A DNA stretch of 64,000 nucleotides, from the IMG/VR virus record IMGVR_UViG_3300013004_000026, positions 32,001 through 96,000 of that record. One strand, 5' to 3'. This DNA comes from a virus. A program made the translations under genes and the position numbers. Positions 42,005-50,243 of the stretch are shown piece by piece (positions within the stretch are counted from its first letter, which is position 1; every line of letters starts with the position of its first letter). Under the pieces are notes generated by a model that saw only the letters and a program-made list of their open reading frames with translations, was not told the DNA's origin and made no database searches.

Positions 42005-42032
42005 AGTTTTATTTTTATTTAACACTATGCAG

Positions 42033-42050
42033 ATTACAATTCTGTTACAA
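42033..42050 (-). promoter_or_regulatory. Pho-box-like direct repeat upstream of the plcP-like gene
   Basis: Minus strand TTGTAAC-AGAA-TTGTAAT (two heptamers at 11-bp period; compare CTGTCAT-N4-CTGTCAT), with a TTAAAT -10-like hexamer 10 nt downstream. Confidence 0.5.
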
Positions 42051-42052
42051 AA

Positions 42053-42601
42053 TCAAAACTTAAAAGTCAGCCCTGACATGACACCATTGTAGCTCATGTT
42101 GCCTCTGGACTGCTCGTAGGCTACATTAAGATCTGTGGACTTGGTCAACGGCAACACATAACCCACTCGCCAGGTTCTGCTGAGATCTGTGTAGCCAGAC
42201 TCCACTGCGTCACGATAACGCCAGCCCAGTCTTGCTGTGCCTGGGCCTACACGTACACGCACCCCTGGCTCCACACTGTAGTAGTTGAATTGGTTGCCTG
42301 ACGCTGTTTTGCTGCCCAAGGCTGTGCGCAAATAAGGAACAAATGCTGGATCAATGGGTAATGCAAAAGTTGCCCCTGCTTCCAGCCGACTGATGGTGGC
42401 CTTGCTGGAATTGGCCACCAAGGTCTCTGCGTTGGCATCAATGGTTAAGTTTTGTACTCTGTGGCCAATGGTAAAAAGATAGCCATGCATGTTAGGTGCA
42501 CCGTTGACTCCTGTGGCAAATTCTGCGTTGGCACTGGCAAAAGTCTGTGCCTGACACACTGGTGCCAAGGCGGCTAGTAATACCAAAATGTATTTTTTCA
42601 T
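42053..42601 (-). CDS. Outer-membrane beta-barrel/porin-like protein (copy 2, paralogue)
   Basis: Signal peptide; shares RLEAG, YYSVEPGV, RYR.A, RT.R.G and the terminal FKF with copy 1. Confidence 0.8.
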   Translation of the reverse strand: MKKYILVLLAALAPVCQAQTFASANAEFATGVNGAPNMHGYLFTIGHRVQNLTIDANAETLVANSSKATISRLEAGATFALPIDPAFVPYLRTALGSKTASGNQFNYYSVEPGVRVRVGPGTARLGWRYRDAVESGYTDLSRTWRVGYVLPLTKSTDLNVAYEQSRGNMSYNGVMSGLTFKF

Positions 42602-42816
42602 GTTTTCTCCTTGATAAAAATGATTGAACTACAACGACAATTCGTCTACTTCTTTACAGCAATGACAAAATCTCAAAAGAAAATCTGTCAGCATGTGATT
42701 TTCTGGAACCCAAAATCTCGTGCGGTTGAGATGTACTTCATAATTCAAACTGTTAGCACCTAACCAATCCAGCACTGCTCCAAAGTCTGTGTCGCGAGTG
42801 TACACACAGTATTGCT

Positions 42817-43461
42817 TCATCGCTTGAGCAAGTCGTTGGTAAAGTCAAGTAACAGCTTGTGGTGCTCGCCATCGTGATACTGTGACCGCATCCAGCTGTG
42901 ATGTTGGTACCAGCTGTCCTCGCTTTCGGGGTGGCATCCAATCAACCCTATACGATTCTGATATATGGCCATGGCATCACCATTGGCATAGGTTGCCACG
43001 GTTTGAAATCTTCTACGGTCGCCTACCAGGGCACATCCGTCATAGAAAAACATCTTGGTAGGTTGACCTTGCCACTTAACAGGGCAGGCCTTGGTGTGTG
43101 GTCGGCGAGTGTCTGTGCGTGGCCGCTTGATATATTGCACAGCATCTACACCTTGCAATATGTTGAAGTAATCTTTGCCAGCCCAGTATGCGCCCATGCA
43201 GATACCCAAGTACCTGCCTCCATTGTCCACAAAACGGCGTATCCTACGACCATGAAATCTCAGTAGATGACGATAATCTTCGGCATCACCTATACCGCCT
43301 GGAAAAGCCACAATGTCCACATCGTCAAAGAAATTGCGTTCAATTTCGTGCTTGGTAAAAATTTTGAACCTGTAGTAATCGGCAAAGATGTTCAGCATGG
43401 AATTTCCGCACTGTACGGAAGCTCTAGGCTGATGTAGGAACAAGGCGATTGTGGGCTTCAT
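42817..43461 (-). CDS. Class I glutamine-amidotransferase-like protein (BPL_N-like)
   Basis: FPGG, YLGICMGAY and HPE (Cys-His-Glu triad). Confidence 0.75.
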   Translation of the reverse strand: MKPTIALFLHQPRASVQCGNSMLNIFADYYRFKIFTKHEIERNFFDDVDIVAFPGGIGDAEDYRHLLRFHGRRIRRFVDNGGRYLGICMGAYWAGKDYFNILQGVDAVQYIKRPRTDTRRPHTKACPVKWQGQPTKMFFYDGCALVGDRRRFQTVATYANGDAMAIYQNRIGLIGCHPESEDSWYQHHSWMRSQYHDGEHHKLLLDFTNDLLKR

Positions 43462-43469
43462 GCTGGTAT

Positions 43470-43718
43470 TTATAAAGCCGTGCGTTTCCTGGCCTTAACT
43501 ATCATTCCAACCCAGGTTCCGCAGAATGCGCCCACCAGTGCAGGAGCCAAAAGCCAGTGATTTGAAGTGTAATTGATCACAGCAACACTGGCACCAAAAT
43601 AACAGGCCACGCTCCAAACGCTGGCCATGAACACGCGATTGTCAGCCACACATCTTAGATAGTATGTGTAGACCAGGTCTAGCATGAACACAGCAAAAAA
43701 TGTAAAAATGTAATCCAC
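43470..43718 (-). CDS. Small membrane protein
   Basis: Three hydrophobic segments. Confidence 0.5.
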   Translation of the reverse strand: MDYIFTFFAVFMLDLVYTYYLRCVADNRVFMASVWSVACYFGASVAVINYTSNHWLLAPALVGAFCGTWVGMIVKARKRTAL

Positions 43719-43732
43719 AGAAGTCTTAGAAA

Positions 43733-43755
43733 AGAATGGGGCCGAAGCCCCATTG
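43733..43755 (-). terminator. Terminator at the 3' end of the tmRNA coding piece
   Basis: AATGGGGC-TTCG-GCCCCATT followed by CTTTT on the minus strand. Confidence 0.8.
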
Positions 43756-44170
43756 GTTGTTTGCTTAACAAGGTAAGTCCTACCCCGCTGGTTTCGCTGT
43801 TTAGGCGAAAGCTGCCTCAGTGCGAGCAGACTTGGAACCGCCGAAACGGAAACCTTTGCCTACTGTTACTTTAACACCAGATTGTGTATTTGCTTTTGCA
43901 TTTACTTTTTTGCGTCTTCGGCCGAGTTTCCCCAACCCTACGGTTTCTGCCTTACCGTGCTGTCCACTTATCTACTCTTTGCCCTGTCGAAACCAATGTC
44001 AGGCCCATCAAAAACACACTACTTGTCGCCTACTTGTTCCGCTTCGTCTAGAACTTATCGGACCCTTCGCTGACTGCCCTACAATAGGTGAGCAATGTGT
44101 TTATGGTGGACCTGGCGGGAGTCGAACCCGCGTCCAGAACACTTTTCCTTCTGCTTCATACAGCAATAAC
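43735..44170 (-). ncRNA. ssrA: Circularly permuted (two-piece) tmRNA
   Basis: Minus-strand order: acceptor piece with T-arm GCGGG-TTCGACT-CCCGC and CAGGTCC-ACCA (3' end at 44104); 97-nt intervening segment; coding piece starting GGGCCTG-ACATTGGTTTCGAC (44006), which gives G3.U70; tag ORF 43899-43801. Confidence 0.9.
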
Positions 44171-44329
44171 TTAAATTCTAACTAACACCCACTTGGCTGT
44201 AAATGACTTACCTTCGGCCTTGTGTTTCGCAATCTTGCGGAACTCTTTTTTTTGAAGTTCTGCAATCTTTTTGGCATCGTGGTCGAAGCAAGCCTTGTAC
44301 AGTTCCATTACTAATTTGTTCTGTTTCAT
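44171..44329 (-). CDS. Small basic hypothetical protein (52 aa, not in track)
   Basis: Manual translation MKQNKLVMELYKACFDHDAKKIAELQKKEFRK...; AAGGAGG SD. Confidence 0.6.
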   Translation of the reverse strand: MKQNKLVMELYKACFDHDAKKIAELQKKEFRKIAKHKAEGKSFTAKWVLVRI

Positions 44330-44349
44330 GGTGTGCCCCTCCTTGACAA

Positions 44350-44550
44350 TTATTTATTGCAGTTTACAGCATACCCTTGTGCAAATGCAACCACTGGATC
44401 TACCTTTTTTAACATCACCGCACCTGATGCAGTTTTGCACACTTGTAACATATCACCTTCTTTGAATCGAATCTTTTCCAGCGGAAGTTCATCATCTAAG
44501 ATGATGTATTGCCCATACTCAATGTCTATTGTGTAGTCAATATGTTTCAT
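44350..44550 (-). CDS. AbrB-like small protein (start re-assigned to 44550, MKHIDY)
   Basis: IILDDELPLEKIRFKEGDMLQV pattern; TAAATA-N5-ATG start. Confidence 0.5.
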   Translation of the reverse strand: MKHIDYTIDIEYGQYIILDDELPLEKIRFKEGDMLQVCKTASGAVMLKKVDPVVAFAQGYAVNCNK

Positions 44551-44629
44551 GCAAGTATTTACACACTTGTTGATTTTGGTCAAAAGAAAGCCCGCATGTA
44601 AGCGGGCTTTCAGTTGCGTATGTAAACGC

Positions 44630-44959
44630 TTAGGCAGTAGCTTTGGCCTTGGCAGTAGCAGGGGCCTTGGCAGGAGCCTTGACCTTGACACCAGCAACTT
44701 TGACAGTTGTGGCACCGTTGTACTTCTCGTCGGCTGCATCAATAGCAGCCTTGAAGTCTGGACGCTGGTACAGCGCAGTAGACTTGAGGAAGGTGACCAG
44801 CTCAGGCTTGTCCATGGCTTTAGGAAGCTCCAGAAGCTCAATGTCAGTGTGACCAGTTTTGGCCAGCACTTTGACACGAGTCATGTCGTTGGCAAAGCGA
44901 ACCTTGTAAGAACCTTTGAGCTTGGAAACACCTGCGATAGTAAAAGTTTTGTCAGACAT
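44630..44959 (-). CDS. Conserved basic protein with Lys/Ala-rich tail (nucleoid/DNA-binding candidate)
   Basis: YKVRFANDMTRVKVLAKTGHTDIELLELP; KAPAKAPATAKAK tail; has its own promoter (TTGACA-17-TACAAT, 45041-45013), SD and terminator (44585-44610). Confidence 0.6.
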   Translation of the reverse strand: MSDKTFTIAGVSKLKGSYKVRFANDMTRVKVLAKTGHTDIELLELPKAMDKPELVTFLKSTALYQRPDFKAAIDAADEKYNGATTVKVAGVKVKAPAKAPATAKAKATA

Positions 44960-44986
44960 TAGGATAACTCCTGTTTAGTTTAGTTA

Positions 44987-45007
44987 TATGGTACACCGTG
45001 TACCATA
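44987..45007. promoter_or_regulatory. Perfect 21-bp palindrome, operator-like
   Basis: TATGGTACAC-C-GTGTACCATA overlapping the predicted transcription start. Confidence 0.6.
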
Positions 45008-45192
45008 CCGTTATTGTAGTTGAAAACGAAATCGCTGTCAACCACATTTTGGACTTTTTTGTCCAAAATCATTTGAGTTGCGCGGCTTCCTGCTTGACCA
45101 CGCCCACACCCTTATCGATCCATTTGGCCACACCGCTGGCACCCACTGTGGCCAGTACAATACCAAAGATCACACCAATTAGGAAATTCATA

Positions 45193-45564
45193 TTACACCT
45201 CCTGCTTGTATTCGTTACGGAGCACTTCCAAGCACTGTTCTCGGGTACGCTTGGTGACCACAACCTTGCCATCCATAAAGCCCACAAACAGATTGCGATG
45301 CTCTACGAATTTTACCTCGCCGTCGGCACCTGTGTGACGCTGACGAACTGGTGCTTTGGTAGGCACTGCCTTTTTGGCAGGCACTGTCTTGGTTACAGTT
45401 TTAGCAACCGGCGCAGGCACCCGAAGTGGAGTGTGTGCAATGCCATGCTTCTTGTCGTACTTGGCAATGGTAGCCTCGTCCTTGCCCCAAGTGTCAATCA
45501 GGCGTTTGAGTTGAGAAGAACCCAGCTGGTTCCAGTGTATGATAGGATCGGTCCAATTAACCAT
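45193..45564 (-). CDS. Early hypothetical protein
   Basis: 123 aa, directly behind promoter cassette copy 2. Confidence 0.6.
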   Translation of the reverse strand: MVNWTDPIIHWNQLGSSQLKRLIDTWGKDEATIAKYDKKHGIAHTPLRVPAPVAKTVTKTVPAKKAVPTKAPVRQRHTGADGEVKFVEHRNLFVGFMDGKVVVTKRTREQCLEVLRNEYKQEV

Positions 45565-45570
45565 TGCAAG

Positions 45571-45627
45571 CTCCTTTTGTTTAACTTAGCCTATAGTATA
45601 GCAAAATGGGAAATTATGGTCAACCGT
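45571..45627 (-). promoter_or_regulatory. Early promoter cassette (copy 2)
   Basis: TTGACC (45623-45618)-17-TATACT (45600-45595); leader identical to copy 1. Confidence 0.85.
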
Positions 45628-45629
45628 TT

Positions 45630-45893
45630 TTAGAAATCTGCTGTCATGTCTTTGGCATGGTTGTAGGTCACAAAAACCTTGCCCGGTGGAACACCAGTGT
45701 CGTTGGTGCCATCGTCATAGTAGCTCACACGGTAGCAGAACTGTCCACCGTTGGTGATGCCCAAAAAACGAGCAGACTCAAAGTTGCGATTTAAGTAACC
45801 ACTGTCTTTGAGAATAGTGGACAAGTGGTCAGGCCCCAACGTAGTGAGTGTAGCGAGCTCTTCTGCTGTGATCATGTTAGTCTCCTGAATCAA
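45630..45893 (-). CDS. Early hypothetical protein
   Basis: FLGITNGGQFCY motif; likely start MITAEEL after an AGGAG SD. Confidence 0.5.
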   Translation of the reverse strand: MIQETNMITAEELATLTTLGPDHLSTILKDSGYLNRNFESARFLGITNGGQFCYRVSYYDDGTNDTGVPPGKVFVTYNHAKDMTADF

Positions 45894-46161
45894 TTTGATA
45901 GCGGTCGCCGCAGTGTTTGCAAGTGTATTCGGTCAGGCAACGGCCCGCAGTCTCACCAGAGTAAGAATGAGTGCAAGGTTCGCCTGCGTTGTTCAGACGC
46001 ACCTGTCCTGTGGCACGACCAAACATGTACTGGCCGCCGCAGTTGTTGCAACCAAAAGTGTCTGTGGTCTTGTCGTAGCCAGCAATCACGCTTTTGTATT
46101 TGTTGTCGCCAGCTGGCACACGGGTGGATCCGTTGCAAACTGGACAAGTGTTGTTGCTCAT
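45877..46161 (-). CDS. Zinc-finger-like early protein
   Basis: CPVC, CNNC, CxH and CKHC; promoter TTGACC-17-TATAAT at 46218-46190. Confidence 0.6.
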   Translation of the reverse strand: MSNNTCPVCNGSTRVPAGDNKYKSVIAGYDKTTDTFGCNNCGGQYMFGRATGQVRLNNAGEPCTHSYSGETAGRCLTEYTCKHCGDRYQIDSGD

Positions 46162-46433
46162 TGTTGCCTTTCTTTTACTCTATGCCATTATTATAGCAAA
46201 ATGGAAAATTACGGTCAACCGTTTTTAGGCCACAAAAAACCCCAGCAAATGCTAGGGTTTTTATGTTGTTTTTTTGCAACATTGCAATTTTTGCAACTTT
46301 AAGCGGATTTATAACAGCATGAGCCAGCCTATTAGCAGTCCAAGGTCAAACGCGGCCACACAAATTCCTGCAAGGCTCAGCACATAGTATAGATCATTTT
46401 CTACAATCTTGTACAGCATGTTCATGCATGTAT

Positions 46434-47690
46434 TTAAGATTTTTCAAACAACCACAGGTCCTCAAAGTTACCATCGCGCATTTTGTTGGCCTGACGACCA
46501 GTACTGATTGCACTCCACTGCACCTTGTAGTGTTTTACAAACCCAAGATGTTTCTCAGCAACGGCTCGCATGTCTCCGCTGATGTTTACTTCTTGTTTGG
46601 CCTTGTTGCGATAGTTACTGATCACAAACGCAAATCTGCCGCCTGGGCGCAGCACCTGTTTGCAGATCTTCACTGTGGCTTCCCAATAGTTTGTTAACCA
46701 AGTGTCATAGTCTGGATAGTTGGCAAAACTTTGATCTGTACTGGGATAGATTTCAAGATCAAAGTAAGGCGGACTGAACAACACAGCATCCACTTTGTTT
46801 TGATACAATGCCACCATGTCTGTGGCACGACCAAGGTCTTCGCTGGGGCAGCAGTAGAGCTTGACCTTGCGCTCTGGCGTTTCAAACACACTGTTGTTTC
46901 TATACCGTGTCCATTCCTCATGCAGTTTTTTGCCATTGGATACCACTTCTGGAATAACATCTGTGGCCACCAGGTGCGTGAACTTGCTGCCATAAAAGCC
47001 CAACTGATACGCATTCCACCCCATGCAAGGTGCAAACAAGGTGTCGCCTTCAAAAAGGTCATCAATGATGCTACGATAGGTCACAGGATTGAATATACTG
47101 GCACGGTTACAACCTACCATGAAGTCAACCCAGAACTGTGAATAGTTGCTGTTTTCTATGCGACAAATATGATCAAAAAACGCAGGCGCGGCGAGACTGT
47201 TGCGAATCTTGAAGTCTTCAAACATGGACTTCATCAGTCCCAAAGTATACTCAAAGTCATTGGCATATAACTTTCGAGTATTGTAAAACTTGTCAAAGTT
47301 TATGTTCTTGCACACACGGCCATATTTGGCATTGGTCCGGCCTGCAAAGGTGTCGCCTACCAGCACAGATTCCGTGGGTATGTTGAAATAGAAGTCAAGA
47401 TCTTCAGTGAGCGAGGCTGTTTTGTCAAACCATTGACCCAATGCCACTTCTGGCTCCAGTACCAACATTTGATATAATTTGCGCTTGTAGGTATCCAGTC
47501 TTTGCAGCCGATTATCTTTCTTGGCCCACTTGGCCAAAAAACCATCTAGATAATCACGAATGACAAAGTTGCCGGATGTGTCGCTACCATTTAGCACAGC
47601 CAGCTGTTTTGAAAAATCCTCAAAACTGATTGTTTTGTTGAGATTGAATTGTTGTAGAAATTGTTCTTTGGTATACACTAGATTTGTCAT
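46434..47690 (-). CDS. Amino-group DNA methyltransferase (SPPY; N4-C or N6-A), start re-assigned to 47690
   Basis: Motif I-like LFAPCMGW, motif IV FSPPYFDLEIY and LRPGGRFAF; TATAAATA at 47705-47698. Confidence 0.85.
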   Translation of the reverse strand: MTNLVYTKEQFLQQFNLNKTISFEDFSKQLAVLNGSDTSGNFVIRDYLDGFLAKWAKKDNRLQRLDTYKRKLYQMLVLEPEVALGQWFDKTASLTEDLDFYFNIPTESVLVGDTFAGRTNAKYGRVCKNINFDKFYNTRKLYANDFEYTLGLMKSMFEDFKIRNSLAAPAFFDHICRIENSNYSQFWVDFMVGCNRASIFNPVTYRSIIDDLFEGDTLFAPCMGWNAYQLGFYGSKFTHLVATDVIPEVVSNGKKLHEEWTRYRNNSVFETPERKVKLYCCPSEDLGRATDMVALYQNKVDAVLFSPPYFDLEIYPSTDQSFANYPDYDTWLTNYWEATVKICKQVLRPGGRFAFVISNYRNKAKQEVNISGDMRAVAEKHLGFVKHYKVQWSAISTGRQANKMRDGNFEDLWLFEKS

Positions 47691-47713
47691 GGTCACGTAT
47701 TTATACAGGACCA

Positions 47714-48286
47714 TTAGTCCTTGATCACTTCGCACCCATTTATGATAGTTGTTGTGATGCCAACAAGATTACCATGCATAACCTTTTCAGGCATGGTGAT
47801 TACATCGCGTTTCATTTTGCTCTGATCTTTTTTACCGCGCTCTAACCATTTATTCTTTTCATTGTTTAGATGATCTTGAATCAGTTTGGTATTAGCAGGA
47901 TTACTAACATCATAGATGCGAACCAGGTCAAGATTGGCTTTGTCTCTGCTGGCAAGAATGTACCTGCTATATTCAAGATCGCCCATGGCATGAAATTGAA
48001 AATCTGCCATAGGATACTCTTTACTGCGCTTCTTTTTTTGAATGCGGCTGCATTTCTGCTCAATCAATACACCTTGCGATTTAGCATCTTCGCCATTGCG
48101 TGAAAAATTGATATTGTAGTCTGCATCGTATTGTTGAACAACCTCGTACACACTGAGTGCGCTCAGTGTGTCATTGTCTAAAATATCAATATTGTGCTTC
48201 TTGTAAGCTTCTTCACGCAAGGCAAAGATCTGGCGCCGATATTCGTCTAAATCTACCAAAGCTTCTTTATCTAAATACAGCGCCAT
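47714..48286 (-). CDS. PvuII-like type II restriction endonuclease candidate
   Basis: AYKKHNIDILDND, RNGEDAK..GVLIEQKC, FQFH, LVRIYDV and KW...GKKD align by eye with R.PvuII as recalled (ALKHGINDIFQDN, REGNDAV..GQEYELKS, FSTH, IEAIYRL, KWYSDGHKD). Adjacent to the MTase. Confidence 0.6.
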   Translation of the reverse strand: MALYLDKEALVDLDEYRRQIFALREEAYKKHNIDILDNDTLSALSVYEVVQQYDADYNINFSRNGEDAKSQGVLIEQKCSRIQKKKRSKEYPMADFQFHAMGDLEYSRYILASRDKANLDLVRIYDVSNPANTKLIQDHLNNEKNKWLERGKKDQSKMKRDVITMPEKVMHGNLVGITTTIINGCEVIKD

Positions 48287-48298
48287 GTTTTCTCCTAA

Positions 48299-49375
48299 TT
48301 AGAAAGCATAGTAATTGTACTTGGTTTCTCGCTCGCGTGTCAACACCAGTTGATCCCCGGCGCCATTGACGAATACAAATTTGCCTTCGTTAGGTTCGAC
48401 CTTTTTCAGATCCTGTTGCAAGAATCGCATGGCGTACCACTCGCCGTCGTCATTGTCTGGTTCAGGATCAAATCCATAGTTCCAATGACGCTCAGTAAGT
48501 GGATTGCCTTTCCAGCGATCACTACCATCCAACTGACGCTCAGTCAATGGTTGAGCATGGCCTACAGGCATCACAGTGACTTTGTACAGGCTACCATCGT
48601 CGAACTCAGGTTTGGCGTTCAGCATCTGCATGGCTTCCTGCGCAGTCTCGCCATAACGATTCATTTCTTCAACCAAGGCTTTGAGCATGTCAAAGTTGAA
48701 CTCACTGAACAGGCTACCCACGGTTACCACGCTGTCAATGTTCTTCAGGCTGGCATCTTTGAGATTGTCATAGCAGTACTCGCGAATGAACTCACCAGAT
48801 AGACCTTTGAAGTCTAGCATGTAAAAGATACGACCCGGACGATTACGCATGTGCTGGTTGATACGCCATTTGTCGTTGCAAGTGATCAAGAACAACTTCT
48901 TGCTGGGGAACACACCGTCCAGCAAGGTAAGCATTTCTTCCTGTTCGTCGGAATCATACACCTTTTCAAACTCATCAAACAACACCATGCAAGGCTGGCT
49001 GATATCTTGCAACAGGCTGTTGAAAGCTTCGCCACGCCAGGGTTGATTGATAAGAATGGTAGGAATGCCCTCATCTGCACACTTGAGCGCAAGACTCTTG
49101 GCCAACAGAGTTTTGCCACTGCCCTTTTCGCCTGTGAGCATTACTCCAGTGGAGGCGGTGCGATCAATAAAAGTATTAAAAATACGATCACGATTACGAT
49201 CATTGTCGCCATACTTTTTACCTTTGATTTCAAACGAATCCACAGTTTCAAGAAAGAAGTTGCCAAATTGGTCCTGTTTCACAATGTAGTTGCCAACAGG
49301 CAGGCGTTCTTGAATGTCCAAAGAATCTTTATCGGCTACCTTGAAGGTGTTGCCGCTTTTAATAAAATAGCTCAT
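48299..49375 (-). CDS. AAA+ ATPase
   Basis: Walker A GEKGSGKT, Walker B VLFDEFEK and NRPGRI. Confidence 0.9.
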   Translation of the reverse strand: MSYFIKSGNTFKVADKDSLDIQERLPVGNYIVKQDQFGNFFLETVDSFEIKGKKYGDNDRNRDRIFNTFIDRTASTGVMLTGEKGSGKTLLAKSLALKCADEGIPTILINQPWRGEAFNSLLQDISQPCMVLFDEFEKVYDSDEQEEMLTLLDGVFPSKKLFLITCNDKWRINQHMRNRPGRIFYMLDFKGLSGEFIREYCYDNLKDASLKNIDSVVTVGSLFSEFNFDMLKALVEEMNRYGETAQEAMQMLNAKPEFDDGSLYKVTVMPVGHAQPLTERQLDGSDRWKGNPLTERHWNYGFDPEPDNDDGEWYAMRFLQQDLKKVEPNEGKFVFVNGAGDQLVLTRERETKYNYYAF

Positions 49376-49414
49376 TTTGTACTTCCAAAAAGTGGGGCTC
49401 AGCCCCAGGTTTGA

Positions 49415-50242
49415 TTACTTGTTGTCAGTCTGTGCGGCCAATGCGGCCTTGACTGCGGCTTCTACTGCAACACGGATCAAGTCAGCTGTTGCAGTGTCAG
49501 TAGCGGCTTCCACTTGCACAGGTGCAATGAACGCTTCGTCTGGGTGTACACCCAATTCACCAATTACTTCATAACGGCATGCACGGCCCTTGGTTGCATT
49601 GTAGTCAGCTGGGATGCTAACAACATCGCGTGGGTTGATCTTCAAGATCACAGTGCGGCTGTCATGCCTACCAAAGTGGTCCAAGTACTCCTTGGAGCAA
49701 AAGTGCAGGCCTGCGGAACAGGTGCGATTCTGATCGTCATCTACCTCATTGCGTTCCATTTCTACCACAGTGCCAGGAGCATTGCTCATGGTGCCTGAGT
49801 AGATGTCCAAAAAGTCGGCTCGCACTTTCTTGTAAGCCAAGAAGTGACCGTCTGGAGTGAGTGGCAGATTGCCTTTTTCCAAGAAGCCATACAGTTCTTC
49901 AACTGCTCGCTTGCTGGGGTTCTGCATCAGGTTCTCCATGAACATGATTAGCGGTTCAACTGGGAAACCATCTTGATACATTTCGATCAAGCGGTTGGTA
50001 AGTACACCTGACATTTCGCGTTCCTTGTAGAACACCTTGCTGCCTTGCACAGCCACATGGCCTGCACCATAGCTGAGAATCTCTCGGGCAGGATCCACAA
50101 CCTGCTTCACAGCATCCCAGTCATTGTCCTTGATAGCTTGTTTCAGCTTTTCGTAGCCAATGTGAGTGGATGTAACGGTATGGGGCTGGTTGTCAATGAT
50201 AACAACAATGTTCTTGCCCTGGATCAGATATGGAAATGCCAT
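49415..50242 (-). CDS. rIIB: rIIB-like protein (start re-assigned to 50242)
   Basis: FMENLMQNPS, TPDGHFLAYK, CSAGLH and INPRDVVSIP..Y...KGRACRYEV; downstream of rIIA. Confidence 0.9.
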   Translation of the reverse strand: MAFPYLIQGKNIVVIIDNQPHTVTSTHIGYEKLKQAIKDNDWDAVKQVVDPAREILSYGAGHVAVQGSKVFYKEREMSGVLTNRLIEMYQDGFPVEPLIMFMENLMQNPSKRAVEELYGFLEKGNLPLTPDGHFLAYKKVRADFLDIYSGTMSNAPGTVVEMERNEVDDDQNRTCSAGLHFCSKEYLDHFGRHDSRTVILKINPRDVVSIPADYNATKGRACRYEVIGELGVHPDEAFIAPVQVEAATDTATADLIRVAVEAAVKAALAAQTDNK

Positions 50243-50243
50243 T

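Noticed and set aside
18165-43461. A bacterial chromosome origin suggested by erpA, sod, infA, ahpCD and def
   Set aside because: These genes are interleaved with rIIA/B, phage ligase, fibre genes, T4-type late promoters and dense phage hypotheticals.
44104-44135. tRNA-like 3' half (T-arm and CCA)
   Set aside because: There is no anticodon or D-arm upstream. It pairs with the downstream GGGCCTG and is the acceptor piece of the permuted tmRNA, not a tRNA.
44551-44877. N-terminal extension of ORF 44350-44877
   Set aside because: It overlaps the 109-aa gene in another frame and crosses a terminator. The true start is most likely 44550.
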